64,000 nt of DNA from Bacteroidia bacterium (GCA_905373475.1 CAJPTC010000003.1:24883-88882); one strand, 5' to 3'. Numbered from the stretch's first letter, positions 1 to 9,144 are shown. Numbers and translations are program-made. Notes: generated by a model not told the origin, from the letters alone.

Positions 1-981
1 TTGTGCAATGATTACGTAGGGCATCAGTGCCCCGTCCATCTCGGGTGTTACCACACTCTGGCTCAGGAAACCGCCTATTATCCCATTCGGATCTGCCTCC
101 CATTGTTCTTTCAGCGCATTGATGGTAAGCGGTGCAAAAAGAGGTGTATTGTGGCTGGTAAACCATTGTCCGACAACCTTCGATGCTCCCATTACAAACC
201 GCCCGTGAGGCATATACACCACAAGGTCGGGGTTTATTTCCGTCAGGTACTCAAGACGTTTCTCAAGCGCATTGATGGGGTAAACATTAAACCCTACGCG
301 TTCGAGCGAGGAGATAATAGAATCCAAGTGTTCACGATCTGGACTGAACGGACCGCTGGCCATTCCCGTGAAGAATGCGAGCTTCGGAGCACCAGCACGG
401 AAACCGTTCTTATTGTAGTACTCCTGAAATTCGTTTACTGTTAAGAAACCTTTATCGGCAAGGTTCTTAGCAAATAGACACTCGTCGGGATAATCTATCG
501 GGTCTTTTATCTCTCCCTCGCGCAGTTCCTTATTCAGAATTTCGGCGCGGAAGTAATTCAACCCCGAACGTAAGTTCGTTGCACCTGCACTTAAGCCAGC
601 ATTTCGGAAATATTCCAGAAAACGATCGCGCTTTGCCGAATCTATATTGCTGATGTCATTTTCGGGTGTAGTGGTCATTATCGCCATATAGCGTATTCCC
701 TTCGCATCGAGGGCTTTTACGCGTTCGCGATCTTCGTCTGTCCACTTCAAGCCCATCCCAAAGGCGATAACGCCATCGTAGGAACTGAGGTCTTCGGTGT
801 TATTAACCACGTGCAGAGTTACGTTCTTCTTGTCTATTGCCCGCATCATCCCCTTGCAGGTAGATTCGGGGTAATTTACCAACGCAATGCGTACGGGGCG
901 CGGTCGGAAAAGGAATACCACGATGCCTACTGCCACGACCACGACAAGCGCAATAAGCGCGATTAAGATTTTTTTCTTCAT
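1..981 (-). CDS. hmuS: CobN/Mg-chelatase-family protein, N-terminal 327 codons (gene continues past the left edge). HmuS-like third gene of the hmu operon.
   Basis: This gene is absent from the ORF track because it has no stop in the window. My translation of the reverse strand from ATG 981..979 stays open to position 1. It reads MKKKILIALIALVVVVAVGIVVFLF...FFTGMASGPFSPDREHLDSIISSLERVGFNVYPINA...VVYMPHGRFVMGASKVVGQWFTSHNTPLFAPLTINALKEQWEADPNGIIGGFLSQSVVTPEMDGALMPYVI, a TM helix followed by CobN-like sequence. It lies directly downstream of the receptor and HmuY-like genes. Confidence 0.7.
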   Translation of the reverse strand, partial: MKKKILIALIALVVVVAVGIVVFLFRPRPVRIALVNYPESTCKGMMRAIDKKNVTLHVVNNTEDLSSYDGVIAFGMGLKWTDEDRERVKALDAKGIRYMAIMTTTPENDISNIDSAKRDRFLEYFRNAGLSAGATNLRSGLNYFRAEILNKELREGEIKDPIDYPDECLFAKNLADKGFLTVNEFQEYYNKNGFRAGAPKLAFFTGMASGPFSPDREHLDSIISSLERVGFNVYPINALEKRLEYLTEINPDLVVYMPHGRFVMGASKVVGQWFTSHNTPLFAPLTINALKEQWEADPNGIIGGFLSQSVVTPEMDGALMPYVIIAQ

Positions 982-1040
982 CTCTTGATTCTCATTATGA
1001 CTAACTACACACGGTGTGCGTAGTTGTTCGCTTTTTAAGC

Positions 1041-3020
1041 TTAGTAGCGCAACGATAGAGCTACATAAAAACTACGACCAGGCGACAGTGACGTCACTAC
1101 GCTTACTTGTTCCGACACATAGTTAAGCAAGTTTTCGCAGCCAAAGGTAAGCGTAGCATGGTTCTTCCAACTTGCGTAAAGGCTTGCGCGCAGCGTGTAG
1201 TAGGAAGGATAGTCGCGATAAGCATACAAAAGGTCGGTATCCGAGGTGCGGAAAGCGGCATGCAGCGACCCATAAAAACGCCCCGATACATCTGTTCCTA
1301 CGGCAAAATCCTTCTTGAAGGTATAACGATAGTTTACGGCTGCTGTGGCAGTGTGAGGACGCACTTGCGATACATCGAATGCATCGCCATTTTTATCCTT
1401 TACCTCGTATATGTCGTGCACGTAGGAGTGGTTTAGGCGCAGGTCTAGATTCGATAATACGTGATAAACCAGAATAGTTTGCACGCCTGCAATCCACGAC
1501 GAACCGCTGTAGTTCAGATACTTCAGATAGCGCGTCCCGCCTATTTCCAGCCATTCTTGTTCGATCCTGTTGCGGAATACGTTGTAGTAGAAAGTGCTAC
1601 TAATATTGAACTTTCCGTATGTAAATTCGGGGGATAGTGCAAACATGTTGCTTGTCTCGGGTTTTAGGTTCTCATTCCCTTGAATAACAAATCCGCCTCC
1701 CCCTGCATGTGTCCATTCCATAAACAACTCTTTGAGTGTAGGCGAGCGGAAACCTGTTGAAAAAGAGCCACGCACTGCAAAGTATTTTTCGCGCCACATA
1801 GCAGCAATACGTGGTGTAGCATACCCCCTGAACTGTGAATGAAGGTCGTATCGTACGCCACCTGTAAGTGTCAGTTTTTCGAGTGCACGCCACTCGGTCT
1901 GCAAATACCCCGTGTAGGTCGAAGCCGAACGATATTTACTCTGATCCTTAAAACGGTCGCCTTTTGTGCGTTCGTTTACCGACTCAAAGCCTAGGTTGAA
2001 GGTAGGAAGCCCTTCGCCCCATGGTTTGGCATTGAATTGGACACGCGAAGTGTGCGTAAGGTAACTATAAACGGGACGACGACCTTTCCGTGATCCGAGT
2101 TCCATGACCTCGTCGCGCGCATAACCATCGTGGTTATAGGCAATGTCCAGATTGTACGCATCGTTGAAACGATATTGCGCATTGCCCCCCACTTTGTAGA
2201 ACTTATAGTGATTGTAAAAACCGTTTACTTCGCCGAACTGCTCGCGATTGTTGTAAGTACCATTCGCTTCCACCTTAAAGCGCCCCGTTGGGGTGGAATA
2301 TCCGAGTTTTTGACCCACATTCCAAATCTCGTTGCCTGGTACTACTGCGGTGTCTCGTGCGTCTTTTATGCGTAAACCATACGTGTCTTGAAAAGACCAT
2401 CCCCCCGTCGTGGTAGATTGAAATCCTTTCTGCTTGATGCCAAAATAGCCATTGTGGCGCTGCACCATCTGGCTGTCATAAAGCCCTGTGTAGGAAGCTT
2501 CTACGGGACGTTTTGCCGTACGTGTTATAATATTGATTACTCCACCTATAGCATTTGAGCCATAGAGCGCCGAGGCAGAGCCTCGCACCATCTCAATGCG
2601 TTCGATATTGCTGGGGTCTATACGATTAAGGTCTACAGAGCTGGAGCCTTCGTTCGTAATACGCTCTCCGTCTACGAGGAATAGAACATAGTCTGCCGAA
2701 AGACCCTGTATCGAAAGGCGCTCTTGAGAGCCGTGTAGGCTGTATTCGATCCCAGGGAGTATAAACTCTATTACATCGACCATAGAGCGCGGATTTAGGC
2801 GTTGTATCTCTTCACTTCGTACGACATGTGTAATAACAGGCACATTGCGAAGGGGACGAAGCTGACGGTCGGAGGTAATGACCACATCGTCCATGTTTAC
2901 CTCCTTCATAAGCGTTGTGTCTTGCTGTGTACTTACGCTAGGTTGCGATACTGAGCTCTGCCCAAGGGCAGAATTACAAAGCAAAAGGGCACAGACGAGG
3001 TAGAATATCTGTTTTCTCAT
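1041..3020 (-). CDS. hmuR: TonB-dependent outer-membrane receptor, HmuR-like heme receptor
   Basis: Signal peptide MRKQIFYLVCALLLCNSALGQ. Plug-domain motifs are present (DDVVITSDR, IERIEMVRGSASALYGSNAIGGVINIITR). The C-terminus is aromatic (VALSLRY). The gene sits between the HmuY-like and CobN-like genes. Confidence 0.8.
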   Translation of the reverse strand: MRKQIFYLVCALLLCNSALGQSSVSQPSVSTQQDTTLMKEVNMDDVVITSDRQLRPLRNVPVITHVVRSEEIQRLNPRSMVDVIEFILPGIEYSLHGSQERLSIQGLSADYVLFLVDGERITNEGSSSVDLNRIDPSNIERIEMVRGSASALYGSNAIGGVINIITRTAKRPVEASYTGLYDSQMVQRHNGYFGIKQKGFQSTTTGGWSFQDTYGLRIKDARDTAVVPGNEIWNVGQKLGYSTPTGRFKVEANGTYNNREQFGEVNGFYNHYKFYKVGGNAQYRFNDAYNLDIAYNHDGYARDEVMELGSRKGRRPVYSYLTHTSRVQFNAKPWGEGLPTFNLGFESVNERTKGDRFKDQSKYRSASTYTGYLQTEWRALEKLTLTGGVRYDLHSQFRGYATPRIAAMWREKYFAVRGSFSTGFRSPTLKELFMEWTHAGGGGFVIQGNENLKPETSNMFALSPEFTYGKFNISSTFYYNVFRNRIEQEWLEIGGTRYLKYLNYSGSSWIAGVQTILVYHVLSNLDLRLNHSYVHDIYEVKDKNGDAFDVSQVRPHTATAAVNYRYTFKKDFAVGTDVSGRFYGSLHAAFRTSDTDLLYAYRDYPSYYTLRASLYASWKNHATLTFGCENLLNYVSEQVSVVTSLSPGRSFYVALSLRY

Positions 3021-3059
3021 CTATAATTTCCGTTTCAGACTAAAATGAAAAGCGAAAGC

Positions 3060-3084
3060 GTGACAAAACAAAATGTTTTGCCAC
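3060..3084 (-). terminator. Intra-operon hairpin between hmuY and hmuR (possible attenuator or partial terminator)
   Basis: On the reverse strand it reads GTGGCAAAACAtttTGTTTTGTCAC, an 11-position stem with one A/C mismatch and a 3-nt loop. It is followed by the T-rich run GCTTTCGCTTTTCATTTT. Confidence 0.4.
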
Positions 3085-3116
3085 ACTTTCTTTGTCAAAG
3101 TTCAAACGTGGTATTT

Positions 3117-3890
3117 TTATTCTACAGGGTAGATATAATCTAACTTGTACTTGATGCTTGAGAAGGAGTTAGACTGTCCTTGTGCTTTCTGCCCGTTGCG
3201 TAAACGGCACATGGCAACCTTCCCATTAGCACAGCGTACAAAGAAGATAGATTCGTCTACTAGGGCTTTAGGTGGCATACCTGGCACGAATCCCGCTATT
3301 CCAAATTGCATGTACCCACCAAAAAACTCTTGAGGATTGTTATAAGTAGTGGAAAGCGCTAGGTTGAGTCCTGTCTTCTCAAAAGAACCGTAATTCATAC
3401 CTTCGCCTTCATACGGTTTGTTATTGTAGTACTCTTCTGTATCTGCTACCCAGTCGCTCTCTGCGGGGCGCTTTTTATACATCCAAAGTTTAACTCCCTC
3501 TGTGCGTTCTTCGCCCTTTCGTACATCTTTCTGATCTGCTTTTTCTTTTATAAGTGGATCAGTATGGAAAGCTGCCCCTTTCCCTTTTCCAGATTTTCCT
3601 CCATTCGTTTTGAAATACACACGGTTTACGCCTAAATCCCAAGCATCCGATTCTACAGCTTGGTCGACAGTCATACCCGCGTTTACAGCTACGCCCTTTT
3701 CAAAATTGATCCACAACCAAGCACCGAATTTAGTAACCTCAAGTTCAAGAGTTTTCACATCGTGAGCTTCCAATTCCTTTTGGTTTTTCTTCTCACGTTC
3801 TATGTTATCGTCAACTTTTTTCTTTCGGCAAGAAAAACCTAAAACGCTGATGCAAAGTGCCATAAGCACGTAAAACACCTTTTTTGTCAT
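3117..3890 (-). CDS. hmuY: HmuY-family heme-binding lipoprotein (hemophore-like)
   Basis: Start moved to MTKKVFYVLMALCISVLGFSC (lipobox Cys). Family hallmarks I recognise: WDLGVNRVYFKTNGGKSGKGKGAAF, FFVRCANGKVAMCRL and the C-terminal KLDYIYPVE. It lies immediately upstream of a TonB-dependent receptor. Confidence 0.8.
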   Translation of the reverse strand: MTKKVFYVLMALCISVLGFSCRKKKVDDNIEREKKNQKELEAHDVKTLELEVTKFGAWLWINFEKGVAVNAGMTVDQAVESDAWDLGVNRVYFKTNGGKSGKGKGAAFHTDPLIKEKADQKDVRKGEERTEGVKLWMYKKRPAESDWVADTEEYYNNKPYEGEGMNYGSFEKTGLNLALSTTYNNPQEFFGGYMQFGIAGFVPGMPPKALVDESIFFVRCANGKVAMCRLRNGQKAQGQSNSFSSIKYKLDYIYPVE

Positions 3891-3916
3891 GATTAAAATC
3901 ATTTTAATTAACGACG

Positions 3917-3924
3917 CAAAGATA
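3917..3924 (-). promoter_or_regulatory. Candidate Bacteroidota -7 promoter box for hmuY
   Basis: The reverse strand reads TATCTTTG, matching TAnnTTTG. It ends about 27 nt upstream of the hmuY ATG, and a TTG lies about 20 nt further upstream. Confidence 0.35.
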
Positions 3925-4139
3925 AAGGAGTGCGACTTTGCACACAATCACCAAAAAAGAGGAATTAGATCACGGAAAATGAAGGGGTGCAGAATTTAGA
4001 AAGACGTAGCAAGTTTTCTATAAACCCCTTTTGCGAATTTGGTAAGCTACAGATTAAGAAACTGATATTTTTATGTATAGAAGCGTTTTCTGGATTTGCT
4101 CCAATATGCATAAACAAGCTACATCCCTACACAGAAAAT

Positions 4140-4152
4140 ATTGATTATCAAT
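4140..4152. promoter_or_regulatory. Perfect palindrome ATTGAttaTCAAT upstream of the hmu operon (possible operator)
   Basis: Read directly from the sequence. It is one of three ATTGA-N3-TCAAT sites in the window, all intergenic. It lies about 250 nt upstream of the hmuY start and 45 nt past the rpe stop. Confidence 0.3.
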
Positions 4153-4196
4153 TGTAGGGGCACAGCTTCGTACAACTCTTAATTTGCGCCTCTGGG

Positions 4197-4853
4197 CTAT
4201 AATTGGGCTTCTTTTAGCGCACGTATGGTTTGTAGCGGATCGGGGGACTTAAAAACCGCATTGCCTGCTACTAGCGCTGTTGCGCCAGCATTGTAGAGTG
4301 CGCCTGCATTTTGCACATTCACCCCTCCGTCTACCTCAATGATAAGCGCTGGATTTAAGCGCTCTGCCATTGTACGAAGCGCACGAATTTTATCCAAAGA
4401 GTTCGGAATAAACGACTGTCCGCCGAAGCCAGGGTTTACACTCATTACCAGTACAAGATCGGCGTAGGGTAAAATGCTTTCTAACAGACAGACAGGCGTA
4501 TGCGGATTGATTGCAATGCCTGCCAAGGCGCCCAATTCGCGAATACGGGAGAGTGTACGATGCAAATGGGTACAAGCTTCGTAGTGCACAGTAAGCACGT
4601 GTAAACCGAGTGCTACAAAGCGCTCAAGGTAACGGTCTGGGTCTACTATCATTAGGTGTGCATCGAGCTTTTGGGTCGTCTGACGTGCTACTTGCTCCAT
4701 AATGGGGAAACCGAAGGAGATGTTGGGAACAAACACGCCATCCATTACATCGAGGTGTAGCCATTCGGCAGCACTCCCGTTGAGCATTTCAAGGTCGCGA
4801 CTTAGGTGTAAAAAATCGGCGGATAGGAGCGAGGGAGATATAATTGGCGTCAT
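4197..4853 (-). CDS. rpe: Ribulose-phosphate 3-epimerase
   Basis: MTPIISPSLLSADFLHL...HLDVMDGVFVPNISFG...MSVNPGFGGQSFI...EVDGGV, the typical Rpe TIM-barrel motifs. Confidence 0.95.
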   Translation of the reverse strand: MTPIISPSLLSADFLHLSRDLEMLNGSAAEWLHLDVMDGVFVPNISFGFPIMEQVARQTTQKLDAHLMIVDPDRYLERFVALGLHVLTVHYEACTHLHRTLSRIRELGALAGIAINPHTPVCLLESILPYADLVLVMSVNPGFGGQSFIPNSLDKIRALRTMAERLNPALIIEVDGGVNVQNAGALYNAGATALVAGNAVFKSPDPLQTIRALKEAQL

Positions 4854-4893
4854 GGCTTCTAATGTTTAGAATCTTCTCATAAAAAGTGGTGTG

Positions 4894-5367
4894 CTATTCG
4901 TCGGTACTCTTTTTAATTCTCCGTAGCACTGCGAAGAATTGTGTTTTCGTGAACCCTCGTTGTTCGGAAAAGCGAAGTAGTTTCATTTTAAGCTCCTCGG
5001 TCAGAGGTTCATTCTCTTTTACTTTACCTCGAAGTAGTCCTTCCAACAATTGAAGCTCTTCCTCTGCATTGAGTTGCAAGAGTGCTTTATTTATAACCGT
5101 CTGGGTTATCTGATGGTTTGCTGTCAGTTTGTAACTTATTTTCAGACGTCCCCATCGGTCAAAGCAAAACTTGTCGTGCACGTATGCAGTGGCAAAACGA
5201 AGCTCGTCGATAAATCCTTCTGCCTCTAAAGCTTCTAGAATGTGGTTGCACTCCGTAGAATTCGCGCCGCGTTTCGTGAGTTTTTGTCGCATAGCAAAAG
5301 GCGAAACTTCTTGCTGTGCACACTGATGTTGTGCCCATGCCAAGAGTTGTAGTTCGTGCTCCGTCAT
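4894..5367 (-). CDS. recX: Regulatory protein RecX
   Basis: 157 aa with a helical-repeat pattern (SPFAMRQKLTKRG...LEAEGFIDELRFATAYVHDK) typical of RecX. It shares a 4-nt ATGA overlap with prmC. Confidence 0.8.
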   Translation of the reverse strand: MTEHELQLLAWAQHQCAQQEVSPFAMRQKLTKRGANSTECNHILEALEAEGFIDELRFATAYVHDKFCFDRWGRLKISYKLTANHQITQTVINKALLQLNAEEELQLLEGLLRGKVKENEPLTEELKMKLLRFSEQRGFTKTQFFAVLRRIKKSTDE

Positions 5368-6215
5368 TCCTTCGTCGCAAAAACAATTCGTTCTTTGCCT
5401 GCAAAATCGCGGTACAATCTGACGTCTGCCATCCCCGCCTGAGTAAATTCAGCGGCGGTCTCCGCTCCTAAGGTCTCATATATTTCGCAAGCTACAAAAC
5501 CTCCTGGTTTTAATAATTGTGTGGCTAAGTATGCTATACGCCGATAAGGTTTTGTAGGCGCTTCCGAAGGCACAAAAAGGGCAAGGTGAGGTTCAAAATT
5601 GTGCACGCGGCGCGAGAGGCTTGCCGCTTCTGCTTGGGGAATATAGGGGGGATTTGATATGATGAAATCGTAACTATTGGGGATTCCCTCCCATGTATAC
5701 AGATCGGCTTCTAGAAAGGAGATACTTGCGTTATAGTGCTTTGCATTTTCTTTTGCCACCTCAAGCGCAGCGTGGCTCAGTTCTAAGGCATCTAGTACAA
5801 GTTGCGGTGTTTCCAGAGCGAGGGTAATAGCAATGCAACCGCTGCCTGTGCATAAATCGAGCCCGCGCAAGGGGCGTTGTTTGGGCAAATGCTTTAGTAC
5901 CAAGTCGCACAACTCCTCTGTTTCGGGACGAGGAATCAGCGTATCTGCAGTGACCTTAAAGGAGCGGTTAAAAAAGTAAGCTTGCCCCAAAATATATTGT
6001 AAGGGCGCACCTGTAGCGAGCACTGAGAGTATGCTAGTTTGCTGTTCTATTTGTTCTGGGGTAGCTTCGCTTTGTGCGTCGGCGTAAAGCACAGGAAAAG
6101 AGGTAGCATAAATGTGCTCGGCTATAAGCCGATAGGTACTTTCTACCTCTTCCTGTAACCCCAAGGCATTTAGTTCGTCTTTCAGACGATGAAGCAAAGC
6201 CAGCCGAGTAATCAC
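5364..6215 (-). CDS. prmC: Release-factor glutamine N5-methyltransferase PrmC
   Basis: SAM-binding motif LDLCTGSGCIAI and catalytic IISNPPYI (NPPY). Length 283 aa. Confidence 0.9.
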   Translation of the reverse strand: MITRLALLHRLKDELNALGLQEEVESTYRLIAEHIYATSFPVLYADAQSEATPEQIEQQTSILSVLATGAPLQYILGQAYFFNRSFKVTADTLIPRPETEELCDLVLKHLPKQRPLRGLDLCTGSGCIAITLALETPQLVLDALELSHAALEVAKENAKHYNASISFLEADLYTWEGIPNSYDFIISNPPYIPQAEAASLSRRVHNFEPHLALFVPSEAPTKPYRRIAYLATQLLKPGGFVACEIYETLGAETAAEFTQAGMADVRLYRDFAGKERIVFATKE

Positions 6216-6240
6216 TTTCTGCTATCTTTGTAACAAAGGT

Positions 6241-7353
6241 ATGCGGAAAATGTCAATCAGTAGTGAACAGCGCGCGTTAGACGAGGTCTTTATGGGACGC
6301 GCCATCGAGATTGCTCGTAATGGGATGGGCTTTGTAGCCCCCAACCCAATGGTGGGAGCAGTGATAGTGCGCGGCAATGAAATAATTGCTGAAGGTTATC
6401 ATGCTCAATACGGAGGTTCACATGCCGAGGTTATGGCTTTTCAGCAGGCAGAAGCCAAGCACGCAGACCTGACTGATACAACGCTTTATGTGACCCTAGA
6501 ACCCTGCACCCACGTAGGTAAAACGCCTCCATGTTGTGAAGCTATTGCACAGCGCCCAGTGCGTCGTATAGTAATTGCTACGCTAGACCCTAATCCTGTG
6601 GTACATGGCAAGAGCATAGAATATTTGCAAAATGCGGGGAAGGAGGTAGAGGTAGGCGTTCTTGAAGAGCAGTCGCGCGAACTCAATCGCCGCTTCTTCA
6701 CCTTTCACAACAGACGGCGTCCGTATATCATCTTGAAATGGGCACAGACCCTAGACGGTTTTATAGATTCCAACCGAGCGGCGAGCGAACCCTATCGTTG
6801 GATAACGAATCAGAAAAGCCGCATGCTTGTGCACAAGTGGCGCAGCGAGGAAATGTCGATACTCGTGGGTACGAATACCGCTCTTCGCGACAACCCCGAG
6901 CTTACGGTACGCTACTGGAGCGGTAAAAATCCGTTGCGGGTTGTAATGGATCGTACGCTTCGTCTCCCGCACACGCTTCATCTTTTTGACGGCTCTACAC
7001 CTACACTTATCATTGCAGGGAATAATTTATCGGCTTCTACGCGGGGCGAAACCTTTTCCAATATTCCCAATACTGAACTGGTTTTCGTCGATTATATGAA
7101 AGGCATAGAGGGTGTACTGCTTGCCGAACTGCAAAAGCGTAATATCACGTCGCTCATAGTAGAAGGTGGCGCACTCATTCTCAACAATTTCCTCAAACTT
7201 GGTCTGTGGGATGAGGCGCGCGTTTTTGTAGGTAATCAGTTTTATCGCGCTGGGCTTCTTGCACCTGCTCTCCCCGAAGGTTTGCACTACACCTATAGCA
7301 TAGACCAGTGTCAGTTACATACCTTTCGTAACCCTAAGCCCCGCGGTAATTAG
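6241..7353 (+). CDS. ribD: Bifunctional riboflavin biosynthesis protein RibD (deaminase/reductase)
   Basis: Deaminase zinc motifs HAEVMAF and PCTHVGKTPPC. The C-terminal reductase domain contains ILKWAQTLDG and VEGG. An alternative start exists at M4. Confidence 0.95.
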   Translation: MRKMSISSEQRALDEVFMGRAIEIARNGMGFVAPNPMVGAVIVRGNEIIAEGYHAQYGGSHAEVMAFQQAEAKHADLTDTTLYVTLEPCTHVGKTPPCCEAIAQRPVRRIVIATLDPNPVVHGKSIEYLQNAGKEVEVGVLEEQSRELNRRFFTFHNRRRPYIILKWAQTLDGFIDSNRAASEPYRWITNQKSRMLVHKWRSEEMSILVGTNTALRDNPELTVRYWSGKNPLRVVMDRTLRLPHTLHLFDGSTPTLIIAGNNLSASTRGETFSNIPNTELVFVDYMKGIEGVLLAELQKRNITSLIVEGGALILNNFLKLGLWDEARVFVGNQFYRAGLLAPALPEGLHYTYSIDQCQLHTFRNPKPRGN

Positions 7354-7391
7354 CGCGGTAAGCAAGCGCGTTTGCTAAGACCTACAGCTGC

Positions 7392-8417
7392 TTGTACAAA
7401 TCTACAAACGCTGTGAGACGCACTAGGTTGTTTGTCTGCCTCTCGTTCATAGTACTGCTACTTGCCGTGGCAGATCTTTTCTTCGGCGCTATTTCTCTCC
7501 CCTGCGACGAACTTTTGCAAACGCTTTTAGGTGAGCCGCCGTCAGAATTCCTACGGAATATACTCTGGGAATATCGTTTTCCTAAAATGCTAACAGCTTT
7601 ATTGGTGGGTATGGCGCTTCCCACCAGCGGACTTCTGATGCAGCGTTTTTTCCGTAATCCTCTTGCAGGTCCGTTTGTGCTTGGCATTAGTTCGGGGTCT
7701 ACGCTTGGTGCTGCATGTGTCATACTGATAAGTGGGGGAGGAGGTATGATCGGGGCGCTGACCATCGCAGGAGCTGCCACATTGGGGGCATTGGCAATAC
7801 TGCTGCTTATCCTCGTGGCATCAATTCGTCTTAAGGGGCAGAATACAATTCTAATATTAGGAATATTATTGAGTGCTTTGGCGTTGGGGGTTGTAAACAT
7901 TTTGCAATACACAAGCAACGAACACGCACTCAAGCTCTTCGTCATTTGGACGATGGGTAGCCTTAGCGAGGTTTCCAGTACATCGCTTCTCTTCTTGGCA
8001 TTAGGTACGCTACTTGGGCTTATACTGGCTTTTTTGTGCTTGCGTCCACTTTCCTTACTCCAACTGGGGGCTGCGCACGCCACCTCACTAGGTTTGTCGC
8101 TACGAGCCACTACAATTCTTTTGTTTCTGGCAACTGCGCTCCTCGCAGGGGTTACTACGGCTTTCTGCGGTCCTATTGGTTTTATAGGGCTTGTTGTTCC
8201 GCACATTGCGCGCCAGATGTTCCGCACCTCCTCACTCAAAACGTTGTTTGTAGCAACGCTACTCATTGGCATGGCGTCCCTTCTTGTCGTAGATCTCCTA
8301 TCGCAATACATTGGGCGTTGGATGCCTTTACCCTTAAATGCCTTAGTAGCTATTGTGAGTCTGCCTTTTATGATTCACCTTCTCTTTTCGACAAAAAGCT
8401 CGCATGCATTCAATTAG
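7392..8417 (+). CDS. FecCD-family ABC transporter permease (iron complex/heme/B12 type)
   Basis: Polytopic membrane protein with FecCD-like segments (FPKMLTALLVGMALPTSGLLMQRFFRNPLAGPFVLGISSG; GPIGFIGLVVPHIAR). The annotated start is TTG. A GTG at 7413 is an alternative. Confidence 0.85.
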   Translation: MYKSTNAVRRTRLFVCLSFIVLLLAVADLFFGAISLPCDELLQTLLGEPPSEFLRNILWEYRFPKMLTALLVGMALPTSGLLMQRFFRNPLAGPFVLGISSGSTLGAACVILISGGGGMIGALTIAGAATLGALAILLLILVASIRLKGQNTILILGILLSALALGVVNILQYTSNEHALKLFVIWTMGSLSEVSSTSLLFLALGTLLGLILAFLCLRPLSLLQLGAAHATSLGLSLRATTILLFLATALLAGVTTAFCGPIGFIGLVVPHIARQMFRTSSLKTLFVATLLIGMASLLVVDLLSQYIGRWMPLPLNALVAIVSLPFMIHLLFSTKSSHAFN

Positions 8418-9144
8418 TTTAATAGTTTCCGAGCTTTCGGTAGGCTACCCTCGCAAACCCCTACTTCTATCAAACCTCTCTTTTGCAGCCAGTGGAGGAG
8501 AACTTATTGCGCTACTTGGGCGAAATGGGACGGGAAAGAGTACGCTTCTTAAAATTTTAGCAGGTGATTTGAATTTTAGTACGGGCTCTATTAGGTTGAA
8601 TGGCAAAGATCTAGCCTCTTTTTCCGTACGGCAACGCGCCGAGCACATTGCTTATTCTCCGTCACGTCTTCAGTTTGAACCTCTTACCCGTGTAGAAGAG
8701 TTGGTCACATTCGGACGCTTCGCAGCTCGCGGATGGCTAACCCCGTTGCAACAAACTGATAGGGAGGTAATTGAGAAAGCTCTTGAGGCAGTAAACCTTA
8801 TACCTTTACGACGGAGCTATTTGTCTGAAATAAGCGATGGCGAACGGCAACGTGCAAGTATCGCATTGGCATTAGCGCAAGAGGCATCTTTGCTTTTATT
8901 GGATGAACCGACTGCCTACTTGGATTATCTTGCACGGCAGGAACTAGTAGCTCTTTTGCGGGAAGTGGCGCACACTCAAAAACGGCTAGTGCTTTATGCA
9001 ACGCACGAGCTGTTGGTAGCGACCGATTATGCCGACCGCTTTCTCTTGGTAGCCAATGGAACTGTGCAAGAGGTGAGTGCCGAGTATGTAAGGGCTATTT
9101 GTCCCAGCGGATCTGGCCTACGAGTTGAAGGAAATAGTCGTTAG
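8404..9144 (+). CDS. ABC transporter ATP-binding protein (partner of the FecCD permease)
   Basis: Walker A GRNGTGKST, signature ISDGERQR, Walker B LLLLDEPT. It overlaps the permease by 14 nt. Confidence 0.9.
   Translation: MHSISLIVSELSVGYPRKPLLLSNLSFAASGGELIALLGRNGTGKSTLLKILAGDLNFSTGSIRLNGKDLASFSVRQRAEHIAYSPSRLQFEPLTRVEELVTFGRFAARGWLTPLQQTDREVIEKALEAVNLIPLRRSYLSEISDGERQRASIALALAQEASLLLLDEPTAYLDYLARQELVALLREVAHTQKRLVLYATHELLVATDYADRFLLVANGTVQEVSAEYVRAICPSGSGLRVEGNSR

Noticed and set aside
1-444. Track ORF of 147 aa on the + strand at the left edge
   Set aside because: It lies antisense to a much longer open frame (1..981, minus strand) with clear CobN-like sequence and operon context. The plus-strand product has no recognisable features.
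6216-6240. Possible FMN riboswitch ahead of ribD
   Set aside because: The divergent prmC-ribD spacer is only 25 nt, too short for any riboswitch.
7382-8311. 309-aa minus-strand ORF
   Set aside because: It is fully antisense to the FecCD permease gene. Its composition is Ser/Arg/Pro/Ala-rich and typical of a shadow frame, with no motif.
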